Source of the DNA: Candidatus Nitrosacidococcus tergens
GTDB lineage: Bacteria > Pseudomonadota > Gammaproteobacteria > Nitrosococcales > Nitrosococcaceae
Assembly: GCF_902810445.1 (NCBI RefSeq)
Contig: NZ_LR778175.1
Span: forward strand, 1,287,473-1,319,472
DNA length: 32,000 bases
Direction: 5' to 3'
Shown: one piece after another, positions 27,046 through 32,000 of the stretch
Position numbering within the stretch: the first letter of the stretch is position 1
Layout: the number at the start of each line of letters is the position of its first letter
Notes under the pieces: model-generated
Told to the model about the DNA's origin: nothing
Database searches by the model: none
Seen by the model: only the letters and a program-made list of their open reading frames with translations
Position numbers and translations under genes: made by a program

Positions 27046-29877
27046 ATGATACAAGAACGACAAAGCCCCCGCCCTCAATTCGAATCGATGCTAAACCAAT
27101 ACCAAGTCATTCGTCGCAATGGTAAAACAATAACTTTTGATCCTAATAAAATTGCTGCTGCTATCACTAAAGCATTCTTAGCAGTAGAGGAAGGTAGTGC
27201 TGAAACAAGCAAGAGAATTTCTCAAGTAGTAGATGAATTAACAAAGCAAGTCGTAGAAAGATGTATACAACGATTTGAAATGGGTAGAAATATCCATATT
27301 GAGGATATCCAAGATCAGGTAGAGCTTGCTTTGATGCGTGGAGAGCAATACAAGATAGCACGTGCCTATATGTTATATCGAGAAAAAAGAGCACAACTTA
27401 GAGCAAGAAAAGCAGCGAAAAAACAAATAGATGAAGCTTCATCAATTAATGTAGTACATATAGATGGTACGACTACCCCAATAGATAAAACTCAGCTTAT
27501 CAAAGTTATAGAAGAGGCTTGCGAAGGTTTATCTGAAACTCAACCTCAAGCAATTCTCAATGAAACATTACGTAGTCTTTTTGATGGCATCTCCATAGAA
27601 AATGTAGCACGAGCAATGATTATGAGTGCACGCACTTTTATTGAAAAAGATCCTCAGTATAGCTACGTAGCTGCCCGTCTATTGCTTGATAATCTACGTA
27701 GAGAGACACTCTCTTTTATTTATAGAAGGGAAATTCAATGTACGCAACAAGAAATAGAACAACTCTACCCAGAATATTTTGCTTCGTATATTCAACGAGG
27801 GATTAAATTAAAGCTTATCGATCCTAAGTTGGGGCACTATGATTTGATACGCTTAGGCCAAGCAATAAAGGCTAGCCGAGATTTTCAATTTACTTACTTA
27901 GGATTACAAACACTTTACGATCGCTATTTTATCCATACTGAAGATACTCGGATTGAGCTGCCTCAAGCTTTTTTTATGCGAGTTGCTATGGGGCTTGCAA
28001 TTAATGAAGATGAAAAAGAAGAATGGGCAATTCGTTTTTATCACCTACTCTCTTCCTTTGATTTTATGAGCAGTACACCTACTTTATTCAATTCAGGTAC
28101 GATAAGACCTCAGCTTTCTTCTTGTTATGTAACTACTGTGCCCGATGATTTAGAAGGGATTTACAATGCAATGAAAGATAATGCCCTTCTTTCTAAATAT
28201 GCAGGTGGTTTAGGCAATGATTGGACTTATGTTCGAGGTATGGGTGCCCATATTCAAGGTACTAATGGAAAATCCCAAGGTGTTGTGCCTTTTCTAAAGG
28301 TTGCTAATGATACTGCAGTTGCAGTCAATCAGGGAGGGAAGCGTAAAGGGGCTGTTTGTGCTTATTTAGAGGTATGGCATATTGATATTGAGGAATTCTT
28401 AGATCTACGAAAAAATACAGGAGATGATCGGCGCCGCACCCATGATATGAATACAGCATGTTGGGTACCTGATCTTTTTATGAGAAGAGTAATAGAGGAT
28501 AGCCAGTGGACTTTATTTTCTCCTGATGAAACCCCTAACCTTCATGATCTAGTAGGCACTGATTTTGAACGCACTTATCTTGCCTATGAGAAGAAGACAG
28601 TAGAAAATCAGCTAAAAAATTTTAAAATAATTCCTGCTAAAACCCTATGGCGTAAAATGCTCTCCATGTTATTTGAGACTGGACACCCTTGGATTACCTT
28701 TAAGGACCCATGTAATATACGATCTCCTCAACAACATGTAGGTGTTATCCACTCATCTAACCTCTGTACTGAAATCACCCTAAATACCTCAAAAGAGGAG
28801 ATTGCAGTATGCAATTTAGGCTCAGTTAACCTCCCTCAACATATCAATGAGTACGGTCTTGATCATGCTAAGCTGGAAAATACAGTTACCCTTGCTATGC
28901 GAATGCTAGATAATGTGATCGACTATAACTACTATGCAGTATCTACTGCTCAGCAAGCTAATCAACGGCATCGCCCAGTAGGATTAGGGATTATGGGGTT
29001 TCAAGATGCTCTATATAAACTCCGCTATTCTTATGCTTCTCAAGAAGCAGTGCAATTTGCGGATTATTCTATGGAATCGATTAGCTATTATGCAATTCAA
29101 GCCTCTAGTAACCTAGCGGAGGAGCGAGGAAGTTATTCTACTTTTTCAGGATCTCTATGGAGTAAAGGAATTCTCCCTATAGACTCTATTAACCTCTTAG
29201 CAAAGAGTCGTAATGGTTATTTGCAACAAAATCAAGGGAAAACCCTAGATTGGGAGAATCTTCGAAATCAAGTGAAAACAGTAGGTATACGTAATTCAAA
29301 CTGTATGGCAATTGCACCTACTGCAACTATTTCTAATATCTGTGGTGTAAGCCAATCAATTGAACCTACTTACCAGAATTTATTTGTCAAATCTAATCTT
29401 TCTGGAGAATTTACAATTATAAATCCTTATCTAGTTAAGGATTTAAAAAATAAAAACCTTTGGGATGAAATTATGGTAAATGATTTGAAATACTTCGATG
29501 GTAGTGTACAAGCTATCGATAGAATACCTGAAGATATTAAAAAATTATATCTTACTGTTTTTGAAATAAATCCACATTGGTTAATTGAAGCTGCTTCTAG
29601 ACGGCAAAAGTGGATTGATCAAGCACAAAGTCTCAACCTTTACGTTGCAAATCCTAGTGGTAAGAAACTTGACAGTCTTTATAAATTTGCTTGGCAACAA
29701 GGGTTAAAAACTACTTATTATTTAAGATCTATAGGTGCTACCCATGTTGAAAAAAGCACGATTAAACTAAATCAAACAAGTAAACTCAACGCAGTTCAAT
29801 CTAACTATAGTGTAGATATACAGAAGCAGGAGCAAGCCTGCTCTGTTATGGATTCTGATTGTGAGTCCTGCCAATAG
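27046..29877 (+). CDS. nrdA: Ribonucleoside-diphosphate reductase alpha subunit, class Ia, with tandem N-terminal ATP-cones
   Basis: The first cone is VIRRNGKTITFDPNKIAAAITKA. The second, degenerate cone is VVHIDGTTTPIDKTQL. Catalytic SNLCTEI and the C-terminal CESCQ redox pair are present. It is 943 aa, a Pseudomonas-like architecture. Confidence 0.95.
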   Translation: MIQERQSPRPQFESMLNQYQVIRRNGKTITFDPNKIAAAITKAFLAVEEGSAETSKRISQVVDELTKQVVERCIQRFEMGRNIHIEDIQDQVELALMRGEQYKIARAYMLYREKRAQLRARKAAKKQIDEASSINVVHIDGTTTPIDKTQLIKVIEEACEGLSETQPQAILNETLRSLFDGISIENVARAMIMSARTFIEKDPQYSYVAARLLLDNLRRETLSFIYRREIQCTQQEIEQLYPEYFASYIQRGIKLKLIDPKLGHYDLIRLGQAIKASRDFQFTYLGLQTLYDRYFIHTEDTRIELPQAFFMRVAMGLAINEDEKEEWAIRFYHLLSSFDFMSSTPTLFNSGTIRPQLSSCYVTTVPDDLEGIYNAMKDNALLSKYAGGLGNDWTYVRGMGAHIQGTNGKSQGVVPFLKVANDTAVAVNQGGKRKGAVCAYLEVWHIDIEEFLDLRKNTGDDRRRTHDMNTACWVPDLFMRRVIEDSQWTLFSPDETPNLHDLVGTDFERTYLAYEKKTVENQLKNFKIIPAKTLWRKMLSMLFETGHPWITFKDPCNIRSPQQHVGVIHSSNLCTEITLNTSKEEIAVCNLGSVNLPQHINEYGLDHAKLENTVTLAMRMLDNVIDYNYYAVSTAQQANQRHRPVGLGIMGFQDALYKLRYSYASQEAVQFADYSMESISYYAIQASSNLAEERGSYSTFSGSLWSKGILPIDSINLLAKSRNGYLQQNQGKTLDWENLRNQVKTVGIRNSNCMAIAPTATISNICGVSQSIEPTYQNLFVKSNLSGEFTIINPYLVKDLKNKNLWDEIMVNDLKYFDGSVQAIDRIPEDIKKLYLTVFEINPHWLIEAASRRQKWIDQAQSLNLYVANPSGKKLDSLYKFAWQQGLKTTYYLRSIGATHVEKSTIKLNQTSKLNAVQSNYSVDIQKQEQACSVMDSDCESCQ

Positions 29878-29919
29878 CTATATATCATACTCCACTAAAA
29901 ATATTTAAAGAGAAATAAA

Positions 29920-31056
29920 ATGTTAAATTGGGAAGACTCTATTACAGAAGCCAAGAGTGAAAACTCTTGGGCTTTCTCATCATACAATGCAAACCATAAT
30001 TATATGAATTTTGGCTTTGAGAATATTGATATGGGGGCTGCCAGAATTCAAGTAGATGACAAAAAAATTATTAATTGCCGTGCTGATCTTAACCAACTCG
30101 TTCCATTTAAATATGGATGGGCTTGGGAAAAATATTTAAGTGCCTGCGCTAATCATTGGATGCCGCAAGAAATCAATATGAATGCTGACATTGTACTATG
30201 GAAAAGTGCACATGGACTAAGTGAAGATGAACGGATAATTATAAAGCGAAATTTAGGTTTTTTTGTAACTGCCGATTCTTTAGTAGCTAATAATTTAGTT
30301 CTAGCAGTATACCGTCATATTACTAATCCTGAATGCAGACAATATCTATTACGTCAGGCCTTTGAAGAAGCGTTACACACCCATGCTTATCAGTATTGCG
30401 TAGAAAGTTTAAGCTTAGATGAGGGTGAAATTTTTAATATGTATCGAGAAGTACCAGCAGTCGCTCGAAAAACAGAGTGGGCATTACCATTTACTCAGTA
30501 TCTCTCAGATCCTAATTTTAAAACAGGTACTACGGAAAATGACCAAAAATTACTCAAAGAATTAATTGCTTTTTATGTCATTTTTGAAGGAATCTTCTTC
30601 TATGTGGGATTTGTTCAAATTCTTTCCATGGGTCGTCAGAACAAAATGACAGGTACTGCCGAGCAGTTCCAATATATTATGCGTGATGAATCTATGCATA
30701 TGAATTTTGGAATTGATGTGATAAACCAGATTAAAATTGAGAATCCTCACTTATGGACAAAAGAATTTAAAAACGAGGTTATCTCTATGATTGAAGAAGC
30801 TGTGGAGTTAGAAACCCAATATGCTGCTGATACTATGCCTAGAGGTGTTTTAGGCCTTAATGCAACTATGTTTGTAGAGTATCTAAAATATATTGCTAAC
30901 CGCCGCCTCGCTCAAATTGGTCTTCCAGAGCAATATTTTGGAGTAGATAATCCATTTCCCTGGATGTCAGAAGTTCTTGATTTAAAGAAAGAAAAAAACT
31001 TTTTTGAGACAAGAGTAACTGAGTACCAAACAGGTGGTGCTTTAAAGTGGGAATAA
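29920..31056 (+). CDS. nrdB: Ribonucleoside-diphosphate reductase beta subunit, class Ia
   Basis: The di-iron ligands EEALHTHAY have Tyr at +7 from the Glu, as for E. coli Y122. FEGIFFY and RDESMHMNF are also present. Confidence 0.94.
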   Translation: MLNWEDSITEAKSENSWAFSSYNANHNYMNFGFENIDMGAARIQVDDKKIINCRADLNQLVPFKYGWAWEKYLSACANHWMPQEINMNADIVLWKSAHGLSEDERIIIKRNLGFFVTADSLVANNLVLAVYRHITNPECRQYLLRQAFEEALHTHAYQYCVESLSLDEGEIFNMYREVPAVARKTEWALPFTQYLSDPNFKTGTTENDQKLLKELIAFYVIFEGIFFYVGFVQILSMGRQNKMTGTAEQFQYIMRDESMHMNFGIDVINQIKIENPHLWTKEFKNEVISMIEEAVELETQYAADTMPRGVLGLNATMFVEYLKYIANRRLAQIGLPEQYFGVDNPFPWMSEVLDLKKEKNFFETRVTEYQTGGALKWE

Positions 31057-31120
31057 TTTTCTATTTTAATTAAAAAATTCATGCGGGACGGACTAAAATA
31101 AATATAGGCTGTCCCCTTAC

Positions 31121-31489
31121 TTAGGGTCTTAGTCCATAACTGGTATCCTGATCAAGATTTTGAAAAACATACCTAGGATGTATAAAATCTGGAGTTGGAA
31201 TAAAAAAAGTAGTAAGTTCCCCTACTCCTACTAGAGTACGCCCGATAGCATTACCAATGCCTTTAATAAAACCCCATATAATCCCTATAATGATATTGTC
31301 ATCATGACTAGTATTCATAACGCTTTTAGGTATTTCTAACCATCCAGTTGTAATATTGATAATTCCACTTCCTAGCTTTCTACCTGCATTTGCACCATAA
31401 GTTGGGTTCGCAGCTACCGGTAGAGAAAAACTAAGGAAGGAAAAAGACAAAATTATAAAAAAAATAGTACGTAATATTTTCTTACTCAT
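31121..31489 (-). CDS. Small secreted protein resembling the exosortase-system-associated TIGR04073 family
   Basis: Signal peptide MSKKILRTIFFIILSFSFLSFSLPVAA. The mature pattern RKLGSGIINITTGWLEIPKSV...GFIKGIGNAIGRTLVGVGELTTFFIP matches my recollection of the KLxRGxxNxxxGWxEIP...GxxExxTFxxP family signature. The track ORF extends to TTG 31507. Confidence 0.55.
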   Translation of the reverse strand: MSKKILRTIFFIILSFSFLSFSLPVAANPTYGANAGRKLGSGIINITTGWLEIPKSVMNTSHDDNIIIGIIWGFIKGIGNAIGRTLVGVGELTTFFIPTPDFIHPRYVFQNLDQDTSYGLRP

Positions 31490-31833
31490 TGGTCTATATT
31501 TCTTCAAAAAATCAAAAACTTAATTTGGGTAGATACTCCAGCTATATTGATAACAATATTTTTATAATCAATAAGTTTAATACTACTCTTATAGTAATCT
31601 TAAACTTCTTCCTTAGCTTTGATATATTAACACTTTAGTAGCGTTTATAATGCAGATAAAACCCTAATCTATATCAAAAACTATTTCATAGCTCAGAGTA
31701 GTAATATTAAATATGCATACAATAATCACCCGATCATTTATGCTACTCCGAATCATAATTAAATTGCAATTCAGAGGGGGATTATCATAAAAATTAAGAC
31801 TTATCTAAAAAGATTATAATCAGGGAGATGTTT

Positions 31834-32000
31834 ATGAATAATAAAGATATAACAAAAATTCTAGCAATTTTACCAATACTATTTATCACTTGTGTATCAG
31901 CACAACAGCCTATTGAAAGAGATGGGGCGTGGGATAGCTACCCTTATGAGAAAGATTTTGAAGATCATAAAGGTTGGCCAGATTGTGCAGTCATGGAAGG
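31834..32000 (+). CDS. Hypothetical secreted protein, N-terminal fragment (runs off window end)
   Basis: ATG with GGGAG 7 nt upstream. It translates as MNNKDITKILAILPILFITCVSAQQPIERDGAWDSYPYEKDFEDHKGWPDCAVMEG..., a signal-peptide-like N-terminus, and stays open to base 32000. Confidence 0.5.
   Translation, partial: MNNKDITKILAILPILFITCVSAQQPIERDGAWDSYPYEKDFEDHKGWPDCAVME

Noticed and set aside
31085-31115. GGGACGG / CTGTCCC imperfect inverted repeat between nrdB and the convergent small gene as a bidirectional terminator
   Set aside because: The stem is only 7 bp including a G-U pair, which becomes a C-A mismatch on the other strand. The loop is 17 nt and no adjacent U-tract follows on the plus strand. 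The evidence is too weak to call.
31508-31833. 25-codon ORF (MHTIITRSFMLLRIIIKLQFRGGLS*) and several AT-only inverted repeats in the long spacer
   Set aside because: It has no RBS and no conservation argument is available. The AT-only 5-6 bp repeats are expected by chance at this base composition.

Overview
AT-rich (roughly 35-38% GC from hand counts of a few lines) gammaproteobacterial core-genome window. It is densely packed with housekeeping genes in Pseudomonas/E. coli-like order. From start to end: sufB (5' part) with an Rrf2 regulator, rpe-gph-trpE, a convergent Fsr-type MFS gene, trpGDC, serB, the same-strand string ilvI-ilvH-ilvC-pssA-leuA-udg-rimI, pyrC, purC-bamC-dapA, gcvR-bcp, nrdAB, a TIGR04073-like small secreted protein, and a truncated secreted ORF. 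The one non-housekeeping block lies between trpC and serB on the minus strand: a copper membrane monooxygenase operon in C-A-B order. From memory its sequences look closer to Nitrosococcus-type AmoCAB than to methanotroph PmoCAB, which suggests an AT-rich gamma-AOB; that is inference only. Behind amoCAB sit three poorly characterised envelope genes: an AmoD/PmoD-position His/Met/Cys-bearing anchored protein, a lipoprotein and a 4-TM protein. I found no CRISPR, tRNA/rRNA, IS/transposase, integrase, toxin-antitoxin or defence-like genes, and I cannot claim a clearly novel multi-gene system. The best candidates for follow-up are the amo-linked orphan genes and several features too short for the ORF track. 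These are an 11-codon Leu-run leader ORF upstream of leuA, a 37-aa single-TM ORF with its own RBS and terminator, GC-rich hairpins inside and after amoCAB, and a perfect palindrome over the -10 of the suf regulator promoter.
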